DNA of 29,091 nucleotides from Macrostomum lignano (Eukaryota): NCBI GenBank assembly GCA_002269645.1, contig NIVC01001684.1, positions 1 to 29,091 of the forward strand, read 5' to 3'. Shown piece by piece: positions 1 to 9,994 of this stretch (position 1 is its first letter; each line of letters starts with the position of its first letter). The notes under the pieces were generated by a model. It saw only the letters and a program-made list of their open reading frames with translations, ran no database searches and was not told where the DNA came from. The position numbers and the translations under genes were made by a program.

Positions 1-197
1 CCAAGACCAACCGCCCTCAACTGGAAAAGGAATTTCTGAAATCTACAAGCGAGTAGCGGTTCTTCTAGGAGCGCAAAGACCGGAATGAAAGATGAAAATA
101 GAAAGAATTTGTCAACATCCTCAATAAAATGCTTGAGAGAAAATACATCGATAAGAGGGCGAGAGAGCTTCTGCTTTCGCGGTTCAACAAAAAATAA
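1..197 (+). pseudogene. 3' end of the Gln-rich uncharacterised Polinton protein (outer copy of 7217-7753), frameshifted
   Basis: Nucleotide match to 7555-7753 with 1-bp indels; same stop context (CGG TTC AAC AAA AAA TAA). Confidence 0.7.
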
Positions 198-214
198 ATA
201 TCTATTTAAAAAAG

Positions 215-598
215 ATGCCAATTATTTTCGAAAAGACATTGACAAATACTATGACAAAGAGGAACTTAATCTTATTAAACGCGATCTGGACTTTTCCCTG
301 CAGGCCACTATCCAAGAAAAGAACGCTCTGGGAATGGCCTTGCGATTTGATCGCTCAGGGGCCAAGATTTTTAAGGTCATTGGAGAGAACAAAGAGAACA
401 TCAAGAACGTTGCCGAAGCGGCTGGCAGTGTAGCCACAGCAGCCAAAAAGATAAAGGATACTGTAACACCTAAACAAGAGATTCAGCCTCCACTGGCCCC
501 GCTGGCTCCATGGCCCCAAATCCAGACAGTGTGGACCCTGCAGTCTATGAGAAGATGAGGCTAGCATTAAAAAAGGAAGTGGTTTCAAATTTGACTAA
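215..598 (+). pseudogene. Small putative virion core/cement protein, outer copy, frameshifted
   Basis: Copy of 7770-8156; joined frames read MPIIFEK...AKIFKVIGENKENIKNVAEAAGSVATAAKKIKD...KKGSGFKFD*; several 1-bp indels. Confidence 0.55.
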
Positions 599-627
599 AG
601 GGTACTTTCCGAGGGTACAAGACTAGT

Positions 628-770
628 CCCGAAATGACACATCTAAGTCTCAAAATGACACATCTAAGTCCCGAAATGACACATCTAAGTCCGAAATGAC
701 ACAATTAAGTACCAAAATGACACATCTAAGTCCCAAAATGACACATCTAAGTCCCGAAATGACACATCTA
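628..770. repeat. Tandem 21-bp repeat (CCC[A/G]AAATGACACATCTAAGT), ~7 units
   Basis: Directly visible; intergenic, just upstream of the ATPase ATG at 810. Confidence 0.95.
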
Positions 771-809
771 CATTATTTATTATTTAAATTTTTTTTCATC
801 ATAGAAAAA

Positions 810-1608
810 ATGGACTTTTCAAACGACTTCAATCCTCACTGGACACGTAATCAGATTAAGTTTTCTCATCATGAGTCAATCCCAAGTCACTTCAGATGCA
901 TTGTTGTTGGTTCATCAGGTTCAGGTAAAACATTCAGAGTCTTTAACATGCTTCTTAGACCTGGCTTTATCGACTATGACACTCTGCACATCTACTCTCC
1001 CACACTGTATCAAGATGAGTATAAAATGCTGATTTCTGGATTGCAAAACAAACTGAACAAAGAGGACATTATTCAATGTTTTAATAACCAAAAATCCTTC
1101 CCAGCAACCCAGAAATTGTAGCTGCTGAATATGCAAAGCACCTCAAAGACAATGAAAAATGGCAGAACATTAAAGTGTTCACCTATGGAGATCCACAGGC
1201 TGATCCAAAGACCAAACTTCTACCCCAACCAGATGAGCTAGAAAAGGGGAGAAAGCATTTGATCGTCTTTGATGATTGTATGACAGGCCCACAGAAGCAG
1301 ATAGAAAACTATTTTACAAGAGGCGACATAACAATTGTAATGTAATTTACATTGCACAGAACTGGTTCGAGCTCCCGAACAAAACAATTCGTGGGAACTG
1401 CAATCTGATTCTCCTGTTTCCAACCATTCCACAGGACAGGTTAAAAAGATTTTACAATGAGGTCATTGCGCCTGCCTATTTCATAAATCCAACAAAAAAC
1501 TCAAGCAGAAAGATTTCACAAGAGGAATTCGTTAATCTTTGCTATGACAAGTGGAATCAGCCTTACCAGTTTGTGATTATCAGCAAAGAAAAAAGAACTG
1601 TAATTTAA
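810..1608 (+). pseudogene. A32/FtsK-like DNA packaging ATPase, outer copy, split by frameshifts
   Basis: Walker A GSSGSGKT in ORF 696-1121; nucleotide match to 8329-9128 including the Walker B LIVFDD region and RGRHNNCNVIYIAQ; 1-2 bp indels near 1095 and 1320. Confidence 0.9.
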
Positions 1609-1624
1609 AATTTGCTATTAAAAG

Positions 1625-2443
1625 ATGTCGATAAACTTTGCAGGTGAATCCATTTCTGGCAACAGCGCTCTTACATCAGCTCAGATATCCATCCTTGACA
1701 GGCGATATATCAACAGCGACGAAAAGATCCCAGAGATCAAACTGAATAAAAACAGACTGAAAGCCCTAGAGCGCTCTATGCACCAGTTGCAAATAAACAT
1801 GGAAGATCTCAGGCTTAAAGTAGCCAGGCAGAAGTTTGAAAGTGATAAGCTTTATATGCCGTTGTTAAACGAAACTAATGAACTTAGGTCAGAAATAACT
1901 TCGATAGTCTCGCTAATCAACGGCTTGAGATCATCAGTTAATCTTCTGGGAAATTCCACTGATAGACGGATGCGTATTCTCGAAGGAGGAGTTTTCGCAA
2001 ACACAGCTAAAGTAAATAATTTAGAAGAGTTCATGAACCAGTCAACAGCGTTGCATGATAGAATTAAAGAAAACGTCGCAACCAACACAGTTAAAGTCAA
2101 TAATTTAGAAGAGTTCATGACTCAGTCAACATCGTTGCATGATCGAATCAAAGAAAGACTTGAAGCATTAAAGAGAAAGGATGTATCACACAGTAGCTAT
2201 CTAAACGGAATGTATAGCTCCTGGGGTAAAATACTAAGGAGGCTTGATCGTCTGGAGAGAACACTCAATCTTCGTGACATTGCTATTGATGAAGCAGAAT
2301 CTGCTGCTCGTCCGGTCATGTCTACAGATCGAGTAGAAGGAGCTCTGGACCCCGCCGGAGTAATCCGGCACGCTCTCAAACGTCAGCCGCCCAGCCGCTG
2401 CCTGCTGGACTCGCGATCCTCCGGCGTCACGAGAGCCGCCTAG
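1625..2443 (+). CDS. Coiled-coil protein of unknown function (possible fibre/spike), outer allele
   Basis: Intact 272-aa ORF with heptad-like pattern and an internal ~28-aa duplication (KVNNLEEFMxQSTxLHDRIKE); homolog at 9132-9887. Confidence 0.75.
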   Translation: MSINFAGESISGNSALTSAQISILDRRYINSDEKIPEIKLNKNRLKALERSMHQLQINMEDLRLKVARQKFESDKLYMPLLNETNELRSEITSIVSLINGLRSSVNLLGNSTDRRMRILEGGVFANTAKVNNLEEFMNQSTALHDRIKENVATNTVKVNNLEEFMTQSTSLHDRIKERLEALKRKDVSHSSYLNGMYSSWGKILRRLDRLERTLNLRDIAIDEAESAARPVMSTDRVEGALDPAGVIRHALKRQPPSRCLLDSRSSGVTRAA

Positions 2444-2609
2444 ACAACCGGCGGTGCAGATGGAATTATCAAAAGAAAACAGATCTTTCAACCGGATAGT
2501 TTTATAATTTTTTTATTATTTTTTCTAGAGAAAAAAAATGGCCTAACAAAATTCTCTATACGATCAGTCTCAATACGTTGAACCTAAAATACCGACAGCA
2601 CCAAACTCA

Positions 2610-3251
2610 ATGGCACCGAATTCGAACACACAAAACCTGGCACCGAATCTGAATGCACCTCAATATTCAGACCGACTTTACCCCGTCATTACTTGTAACT
2701 CTCAGCAGTTTCGACTGGTGGAGATTCAAAAAATGCGAGATGATCTTGAAAAAAATATTTTCCACAACACAAAGAAAATTAAACGCTATGAAAGCCACTG
2801 TAAATTTTTCGACTACAGCAATATGATTCTAGGATCTGTGTCTGTTCTATCTGGATCTGCTGCAGCTGTCTCAACGTTGCCAGTCATCACAGCCCCAATC
2901 GCAATCCCGCTCGGCTCTGTGGGTGCTGCATGTGGACTTATTTCAGCAATTACTGGAGCAGTAGCGCGAAACAGGCGAAAAAAACTAAAGCAGCTACAGG
3001 AGAAGCAAGTAAAAGAGAAAGGGGTGCACACTTCAATCATAGGGTACATTTCAAGGGCAATCGATGATAAGTTCATTTCAGAGGATGAGTTCAAAACCAT
3101 TCAGGATCTTTATGAACAATCAATTCGAATGAACTTGAACATGGTCGGTACTGATGACATGAGTCAGCTGAGAAATGAACTCGAGAAAGTTCTTCAACAT
3201 TATGTGGAAAGAAGGACAACGAGAAGGACAACGAGAAATACACCACAATGA
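2610..3251 (+). CDS. Uncharacterised protein with central hydrophobic hairpin (two putative membrane helices), outer copy
   Basis: 213-aa ORF; hydrophobic segment ILGSVSVLSGSAAAV...IAIPLGSVGAACGLISAITGAV flanked by charged helices. True start may be the in-frame ATG at 2538, which is followed by a TAA. Confidence 0.75.
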   Translation: MAPNSNTQNLAPNLNAPQYSDRLYPVITCNSQQFRLVEIQKMRDDLEKNIFHNTKKIKRYESHCKFFDYSNMILGSVSVLSGSAAAVSTLPVITAPIAIPLGSVGAACGLISAITGAVARNRRKKLKQLQEKQVKEKGVHTSIIGYISRAIDDKFISEDEFKTIQDLYEQSIRMNLNMVGTDDMSQLRNELEKVLQHYVERRTTRRTTRNTPQ

Positions 3252-3255
3252 ACCC

Positions 3256-3566
3256 CTATGAAACACAGCCAAGAATAATTTCCTTGTAGGTCTTTCGTGT
3301 TTTGGTCATTGCATACAAAACAGTCATGCACAGCTCACCGCAAATATCACTGCTAAGACCTTGGAGAATAAAGTCTGAGCGATAAATTTTTTTATTATTT
3401 TTCCCCTTCATATAATTTCTTAGCTCTTCTGGTACTGCCGTTCCATAGCTATCGAAGTAATAACACTTGTGCTTGCGATCGGGATCAATCACCCAGCAAA
3501 CCCAATGAGATCCTGGCTTATCGGTGGTGTCAAAGTTCATGATGCCGCATTCCTTTCTTAGAGGAA
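3256..3566 (-). pseudogene. Adenain-like cysteine protease, 3' fragment of the outer gene, cut by the nested insertion
   Basis: Matches 10654-10964 (GSHWVC, YFDSYG, LQGLSSDICG); the first ~32 codons lie at 19326-19422. Confidence 0.93.
3561..3566. repeat. Target site duplication GAGGAA (left copy) of the inner element
   Basis: The uninterrupted site at 10959-10964 reads TTA-GAGGAA-AATCAGG; here TTA-GAGGAA-[element]-GAGGAA-AATCAGG. 6-bp TSDs are typical of Polintons. Confidence 0.95.
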
Positions 3567-4062
3567 AGTAGAAGGCATGAGGGGGCTTCTGGGACAAAAT
3601 TTTTCACATCCTCCATAATCCCATTAAATCCATCCATATTATCCCCGACAGAATCAGAAAAAAAGGGGGGTCGCACTCGCTCACAAAACGTCCTCCATAA
3701 TCCTATTAAATCCATCCATATTATCCCTGACAGAATCAGAGCATAACAGGTGTCCTAGTTGCTCCGAAAACTTCGAACATAATCCCATTAAATCCATCCA
3801 TATTATCCCTGAATCAGAGCATAACAGGTGTCGCACTCACTTACAAAACTTCGAACATAATCCTCCTAACCTATCCTCCTTCCTCCACGACAGAATCAGA
3901 GCATAGCAGGTGTCCTACATAATCCACTGACATCCACCCATAGCATCTTCGAAACAATCAGAAAACAATCTGTATTCTTCTCCACACATTCAATTCGCAA
4001 TTCGCAACGCATCCCAAAGACTTTGAATCCCCTAACCCAGGGTCCTTACCCTTTGAAAAAAA
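3567..4062. repeat. Left terminal inverted repeat of the inner element, built from ~65-bp subrepeats
   Basis: Inverted match to 18806-19325 and 27850-28370; recurring unit CATAATCC...AAATCCATCCATATTATCCCTGACAGAATCAGA. Confidence 0.9.
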
Positions 4063-4080
4063 ATTAAATTTTCTCTAAAA

Positions 4081-4320
4081 ATGTTTCCAGTTGTCTCTCC
4101 AGGTTCTTATTACAAAGCGCACGAGCCTAATTACAAGAGTAAGTACCGATGCAAACTTGAATGCAGCGAGTACATGAGAAAATATTGGCCCGACGTTGAT
4201 ATCAATGTCCCTAATATTAATCTAGCTCTCCAAAGACACTGGTTTCATAAGTATGGAGTAACCTATGTAAAAGATTACGACAGCTACTATAACTTTGTAG
4301 AAATCATTAGACAATTGTGA
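4081..4320 (+). CDS. Small Tyr-rich ORF (79 aa) of unknown function adjoining the TIR
   Basis: Intact ORF with A-rich start context; an inverted second copy at 27225-27841 keeps the reading frame once its insertion is removed. Confidence 0.65.
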   Translation: MFPVVSPGSYYKAHEPNYKSKYRCKLECSEYMRKYWPDVDINVPNINLALQRHWFHKYGVTYVKDYDSYYNFVEIIRQL

Positions 4321-4324
4321 TTTC

Positions 4325-5187
4325 TTACATTCTCTCAATGATCAACGTCAATACAAACTCTTCACCGTTGAAATCAACACCCATCCCATCTTCAGTCTCA
4401 AACTGTAGCACAATCTCGTGAATCTCCTTATTACTCAATACAACTCTTTTCACTGGATTTGGTTTCTCTACCACCATCTGTCCTCCAGCAACAGAGTTGG
4501 AGATGTTGTACAAAATATTCGTTCGCTTTCCCTTAAATACCCAATCAAGACTGAGATTGCTTCTGATTAGAATATTCAAACCCTTTACAATGTCTGCAAT
4601 ATTGGGTGCTAAGAACAAACCGCTTACATTTTCCCGGGCCATTTTAACGGTCCCCGATGCTTGAGTGGCGGTCCGCGCCGCGGATTCTGCCTTATAAACT
4701 TTCTTCTCGAATCCCAGTTCCCTATACCAAGTGTCATCTTTAAACTCAACCTCCGCATCTTTGTGAACTTGCATGACCACTCTCATTACAGTGAGATCAT
4801 AGGTTAGTTTAACAGGGAACAGTTTCTTCTCTGGCTTACTCATATCAGGTGTCTCAAAATGGCCTCTTTTAGTAAAGACGTTTTCTAGAAAGTAATTGTA
4901 GGTATCCACACTTTGCGTGCTCACAGGGAATACCACAGGTTCTGCTGCTGCACCTTTCCATTTGTAATAAAACTTATTATTTGCTGCCGTCACATTGGGA
5001 ACGTTTGACCAACCAGTGAAGTCGTTAAGATAGACATGGTAATTAGCACCTGGATCCAGGCTAATCGCCTGCTCTAATTTTTGAACAAATATCCCGTTTG
5101 AGTCATTAATCGCCCAGTTATTGTAATAGGAATGCTCTCCTTGGAGTGCGAAATAATATTGTTTAGTCTTTCGGCTATAGCTTCCAT
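4325..5187 (-). CDS. Minor capsid protein (penton, single jelly-roll), 1-bp frameshift near the 5' end
   Basis: The frame of ORF 4325-4993 stays open upstream (ISLDPGANYHVYLNDFTGWSNVPNVTAANNKFYY); C-terminus ILYNI...PG-like GG...EKP...VDFNGEEFVLTL fits the Polinton mCP pattern; adjacent to MCP; ATG at 5187 is one base out of frame. Confidence 0.8.
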
Positions 5188-5207
5188 TTTTTGTCCTAAA
5201 AAAATAT

Positions 5208-6492
5208 TTAAACTTTACTGGATGAATTGTTGATCATGTTAAGCTTCACCTTCCTCTCAAATGCATAGATAATGTACAGGTCCACGGGTGTTGCGACAGT
5301 CCTCTCAATGTTAGTCACGATATTCACAGGGCTGTTATCAGTAGGCATTTGTCTGGCAGACACATCAGCGCCAAACATTGGATATAGAGTTCCATATTGA
5401 AGAGCAGTGATAGCAATTCCATTGTTCTCTTTCACAGCCAAGTCGACCAACTCGCTGTAAAATTTGCTAATCTTGTTCTGACTGAAATCTCCATTTTGTG
5501 GCAGTGCAGGGTAAAGATTATCACTGATTTCATGCTGAATGGACCGCACGTCTCCATGCATGTAGCGTATAATGCTATTTGGGTTTCTCATGTTAATAAT
5601 AATATACCTTGGATTGCTGCATGATCCCTCTTTAATGCAGATGTTTGTTCTAGTTTCGTTTCGCTCATCTCGACACATGTAGGCCGTGTATGCAACATCA
5701 ATGTCCTTCTCTATTGCCTTAAGATAATCCGCTTTTAGTGCAGTCTTTGGCTCAATGACTTCCAAATACAGCTCGATTCCGGTTAGCTTCACCTCCATCC
5801 TTGTGTGGTCCGCCCCAGTCCACAACACTCTACTGCGATCATCTCTAGTCATCCTAAAGGTGTAGCTAAAGTTACTAGTCAGTCGATTAAATGTATTACA
5901 GAATCCACTCATGAATCTCAGTGGTACAAATACATCAACAGACCGATACAGCGGGTTTTAGCAGCATCATCAGCACCTTGCAATGCATAGTTGTATCTCT
6001 TCTTCCTCTTTTTATAGCCACTGTCATTGATGTCTCCTTCTTTTTCATCTGCATAAAACCCGCACCACTTCCCAACTGAATAAAATCAGGATTCTCGATC
6101 AAACAATGAGCGTCATAGACAATTCCAAAGTTGGCGATTCGCTCCAACTCAGTGCTCCCATTCGATACACTAAACTCCTTGAACATGTACGCCCAAAAGT
6201 TACTGATCAGAGCCACATCCGCATCATGCTTGTCAACGTTAGCACGAGCCGCATCCGCACCACCCTTTGTCTTGAATTGAAATGTCATATGGAAGCCGCT
6301 CTTAAGACTGTGCACACTAACCAAAGACGAACATCCATTGTATGTAAATGTCAGTGTTTGGCCAGGACCAAGATTAGTTTCATTCTGATTTTCCTGACTG
6401 GGAACTCTTACCTGAGTCGCTTTGATTGTGCTATCATCACTCAAAATAGGCTTGTTAATTTTGTAGAAAACTGGTGTCAGTGGGTCGTTCAT
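5208..6492 (-). CDS. Major capsid protein (double jelly-roll/hexon-like), split into two ORFs by a frameshift
   Basis: ORFs 5935-6492 and 5208-5912 total ~420 aa; Polinton MCP-like segments (ILSDDSTI, SNFWAYMFKEFSV...ELERIANFG, PRYIII, LYPMFGADVS); beta-rich; sits next to mCP. Confidence 0.82.
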
Positions 6493-6522
6493 TTTTTAAC
6501 TAAAAATAAAATAAAATAAGAA

Positions 6523-7753
6523 ATGAAGCGAAAAGTACACAGCAGATATCTGAATTGGAGAAGCTAGCACAAGCAGAGAAACGATTTACTGGGCTAATAA
6601 ATAAGGAGCAACAATCCTACAATGAGTTTGTCCAAGCAGCCACAGAGTTTCATAAGCCCGGGTATGGAGAAGCTAAGAAAAATATTGATCAGGTCAAAGA
6701 AACTATCGACGACATACAGGAAACCCAGTGCAAAAGGCTTTGGGCAAAATTCCAGAAGCACCACAGATACAGCCGCAACCACAGCACAACCGCAACCACA
6801 ACAATCACAACCACAACAATCACAACCACAACAGCAACTAAAAGTGACAGATAACATTTTTGGACCAGTAGAGCGTGTCGAACATGATGGGAAATATGTA
6901 TTTGGAATAAGTATGTGGAGAAAAAATTTATAATGAACCAGTGGAATATTATATCGACATAAATAAGAAACATATTTCTGTTGTCAAAGGCTCGGAAACT
7001 AAGAGCATTCCTTTCACAGAAACCTTACTGACTTTTATGACCAAGAACCAAGAGAGAATCTCGGACAAACAGCTAAAGAACTATAGAGATCTAGTGACTT
7101 TTGCCCTTGCTAGAGATATAGAAATACTAAAGGCCCCAGAAGTCCTGAACTTATGTATGATAACGGTGTCAACCTGACTAATTCAAAAAGTACAACACTT
7201 TAAACAATGGTTCGATTTGCCAGATCAGGCGGAAGTCATAAAATATCTAGAACAACAACAACAACAACAACAGCAACAACAACAACCACAACCACAACAG
7301 CAACATTCCACAGAAGAACAAGTACTCAGTCAACTCGAGCAGTTAGACCCTTTGAAAGTAGCTGAATATAAGAAACAAAACCCAACAGACTGGCAACACT
7401 TAGAACAACACTCTCCAGATCGAATGAACAGAATCAAGCAAAGAGTTTTCACACCTCAACAAAGACAGGCACCACATGACAGTTCCATCTCTGAAAGTGA
7501 GCAGTCTTTTGCATCACCTCCCCAGCAGCTACAAGCCCAACCAACTCCACAACCCCAAGACCAACCGCCCTCAACTGGAAAAGGAATTTCTGAAATCTAC
7601 AAGCGAGTAGCGGTTCTTCTAGGAGCGGCAAAGACCGGAATGAAAGATGAAAATAGAAAAGAATTTGTCAACATCCTCAATAAAATGCTTGAGAGAAAAT
7701 ACATCGATAAGAGGGCGAGAGAGCTTCTGCTTTCGCGGTTCAACAAAAAATAA
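6523..7753 (+). pseudogene. Gln-rich uncharacterised Polinton protein, probably one ~400-aa gene broken into 4 ORFs
   Basis: Consecutive same-strand ORFs 6555-6854, 6622-6933, 6941-7177 and 7217-7753 in shifting frames with poly-Q linkers; DNIFGP...GKYVFG and C-terminal KRVAVLLGAAKTG...EFVNILNKML resemble a recurrent Polinton ORF (from memory, not searched). Start position uncertain. Confidence 0.5.
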
Positions 7754-7769
7754 TTTATTTCAAGTAAAA

Positions 7770-8156
7770 ATGCCAATTATTTTTGAGAAAGACATTGACA
7801 AATACTATGACAAAGAGGAACTTAATCTTATTAAACGCGGATCTGGACTTTTCCCTGCAGGCCACTATCCAAGAAAAGAACGCTCTGGGAATGGCCTTGC
7901 CGATTTGATCGCTCAGGGGCCAAGATTTTTAAGGTCATTGGAGAGAACAAAGAGAACATCAAGAACGTTGCCGAAGCGGCTGGCAGTGTAGCCACAGCAG
8001 CCAAAAAGATAAAGGATACTGTAACACCTAAACAAGAGATTCAACCTCCACTGGCCCCGCTGGCTCCTGGCCCCAAATCCAGACAGTGTGGACCCTGCAG
8101 TCTATGAGAAGATGAGAGCTAGCATTAAAAAAGGAAGTGGTTTCAAATTTGACTAA
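7770..8156 (+). pseudogene. Small putative virion core/cement protein with three G-x-G motifs, frameshifted
   Basis: Joined frames: MPIIFEKDIDKYYDKEELNLIKRGSGLFPAGHYPRKERSGNGLADLIAQG-AKIFKVIGENKENIKNVAEAAGSVATAAKKIKD...PAVYEKMRASIKKGSGFKFD*. Confidence 0.55.
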
Positions 8157-8185
8157 AGGGTACTTTCCGAGGGTACAAGACTAGT

Positions 8186-8286
8186 CCCAAAATGACACAT
8201 CTAAGTCCCAAATGACACATCTAAGTCCCAAAATGACACATCTAAGTCCCAAAATGACACATCTAAGTCCCGAAATGACACATCTT
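8186..8286. repeat. Tandem 21-bp repeat (CCC[A/G]AAATGACACATCTAAGT), ~5 units
   Basis: Directly visible; same position upstream of the ATPase as 628-770. Confidence 0.95.
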
Positions 8287-8328
8287 CTAAATGATTTATT
8301 ATTTAAATTTTTTTTCATCATAGAAAAA

Positions 8329-9128
8329 ATGGACTTTCAAACGACTTCAATCCTCACTGGACGCGTAATCAGATTAAGTTTTCTCATCACGAGTCAATCC
8401 CGAGTCACTTCAGATGCATTGTTGTTGGTTCATCAGGTTCAGGTAAAACATTCAGAGTCTTTAACATGCTTCTTAGACCTGGCTTTATCGACTATGACAC
8501 TCTGCACATCTACTCTCCCACACTGTATCAAGATGAGTATAAAATGCTGATTTCTGGATTGCAAAACAAACTGAACAAAGAGGACATTATTCAATGTTTT
8601 AATAACCAAATGTGCCTTCCCAGTAACCCAGAAATTGTAGCTGCCGAATATGCAAAGCACCTCAAAGACAATGAAAAATGGCAGAACATTAAAGTGTTCA
8701 CCTATGGAGATCCACAGGCTGATCCAAAGACCAAACTTCTACCCCAACCAGATGAGCTAGAAAAGGGGAGAAAGCATTTGATCGTCTTTGATGATTGTAT
8801 GACAGGCCCACAGAAGCAGATAGAAAACTATTTTACAAGAGGGCGACATAACAATTGTAATGTAATTTACATTGCACAGAACTGGTTCGAGCTCCCGAAC
8901 AAAACAATTCGTGGGAACTGCAATCTGATTCTCCTGTTTCCAACCATTCCACAGGACAGGTTAAAAAGATTTTACAATGAGGTCATTGCGCCTGCCTATT
9001 TCATAAATCCAACAAAAAACTCAAGCAGAAAGATTTCACAAGAGGAATTCGTTAATCTTTGCTATGACAAGTGGAATCAGCCTTACCAGTTTGTGATTAT
9101 CAGCAAAGAAAAAAGAACTGTAATTTAA
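8329..9128 (+). CDS. A32/FtsK-like DNA packaging ATPase (inner copy; 1-bp frameshift near the start)
   Basis: Walker A GGTTCATCAGGTTCAGGTAAAACA (GSSGSGKT) ~8427-8450; ORF 8466-9128 has Walker B HLIVFDD and FTRGRHNNCNVIYIAQ. Confidence 0.92.
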
Positions 9129-9131
9129 AAT

Positions 9132-9887
9132 TTGCTATTAAAAGATGTCATAAACTTTGCAGGTGAATCCATTTCTGGCAACAGCGCTCTTACATCAGCT
9201 CAGATATCCATCCTTGACAGGCGATATATCAACAGCGACGAAGAGATCCCAGAGATCAAACTGAATAAAAACAGACTGAAACAATTAGAGCGCTCCATGC
9301 ACCAGTTGCAAATAAACATGGAAGATCTCAGGCTTAAAGTAGCCAGGCAGAAGTTTGAAAGTGATAAGCTTTATGTGCCGTTGTTAAACGCAACTAATGA
9401 ACTTAGGTCAGAAATAACTTCGATAGTCTCGCAAATCAACGGTTTAAGAACAAATTTAGCATCGACAATTAATCTTCTGAGAAACTCCATTGATAGGCGG
9501 ATGCGCATTCTTGAAGAAGGAGTTTTCACAAACACAGCTAAAGTGAATAATTTAGAAGAGTTCATGAACCAGTCAACAGCGTTGCATGATAGAATTAAAG
9601 AAAACGTCGCAACCAACACAGGTAAAGTGAGGAATTTAGAAGAGTTCATGACTCAGTCAACAGCGTTGCATGATCAAATCAAAGTAAGAATTACTGCAAA
9701 TAAAGTCTTTGTAGATTTAGTTTTTACCGAATGGCAGAAATCGGTGAGAAGAATCGGTCGTCTTGAACGCTTGCATAATCTCAAAAACATTGACGCTGAA
9801 GAGGCACCACAGACCACAAGGGAAACAAGTGATCCAACCGACTTGTTTGAGATCATGCGTAGAATGGAGCTCACAGATAATGAATAG
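9132..9887 (+). CDS. Coiled-coil protein of unknown function, inner allele
   Basis: 251-aa ORF (true ATG probably ~9145 with an indel); N-terminal ~175 aa very close to 1625-2443, C-terminus divergent. Confidence 0.75.
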   Translation: MLLKDVINFAGESISGNSALTSAQISILDRRYINSDEEIPEIKLNKNRLKQLERSMHQLQINMEDLRLKVARQKFESDKLYVPLLNATNELRSEITSIVSQINGLRTNLASTINLLRNSIDRRMRILEEGVFTNTAKVNNLEEFMNQSTALHDRIKENVATNTGKVRNLEEFMTQSTALHDQIKVRITANKVFVDLVFTEWQKSVRRIGRLERLHNLKNIDAEEAPQTTRETSDPTDLFEIMRRMELTDNE

Positions 9888-9994
9888 GCAGATTCAGAGA
9901 CCTGTTGCCGTCACTGCAGACGAAGCAATCAACCGTAAAACAAATCTAACCACCACCAACTAGTTGCCGATTTTTTTTAAAAAATTCCCAAAAA

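Larger units (their letters stand above)
1..3566. mobile_element. Outer Polinton/Maverick element, left visible part (left TIR outside window)
   Basis: Near-identical to 7555-10964 of the inner element (position 1 aligns to 7555); ends in the TSD GAGGAA inside the protease gene and resumes at 19326. Confidence 0.93.

Noticed and set aside
628-770. CRISPR-like array
   Set aside because: Units are contiguous with no unique spacers, and the context is a eukaryotic virus with no cas genes.
696-809. N-terminal (MTHLSPK)n extension of the ATPase
   Set aside because: It is a translation of the 21-bp DNA repeat; frame and unit number differ between copies, and a good AAAAAATG start lies at 810/8329.
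3256-3597. Chimeric TIR-protease ORF rescuing the interrupted protease
   Set aside because: It starts at a TTG just after an in-frame stop, with no ATG, and replaces the native N-terminus; no support for expression.
5397-6519. Plus-strand ORFs opposite the capsid gene, and similar short antisense ORFs over PolB, pX-like and hairpin genes
   Set aside because: Shadow ORFs of real genes with no independent motifs.
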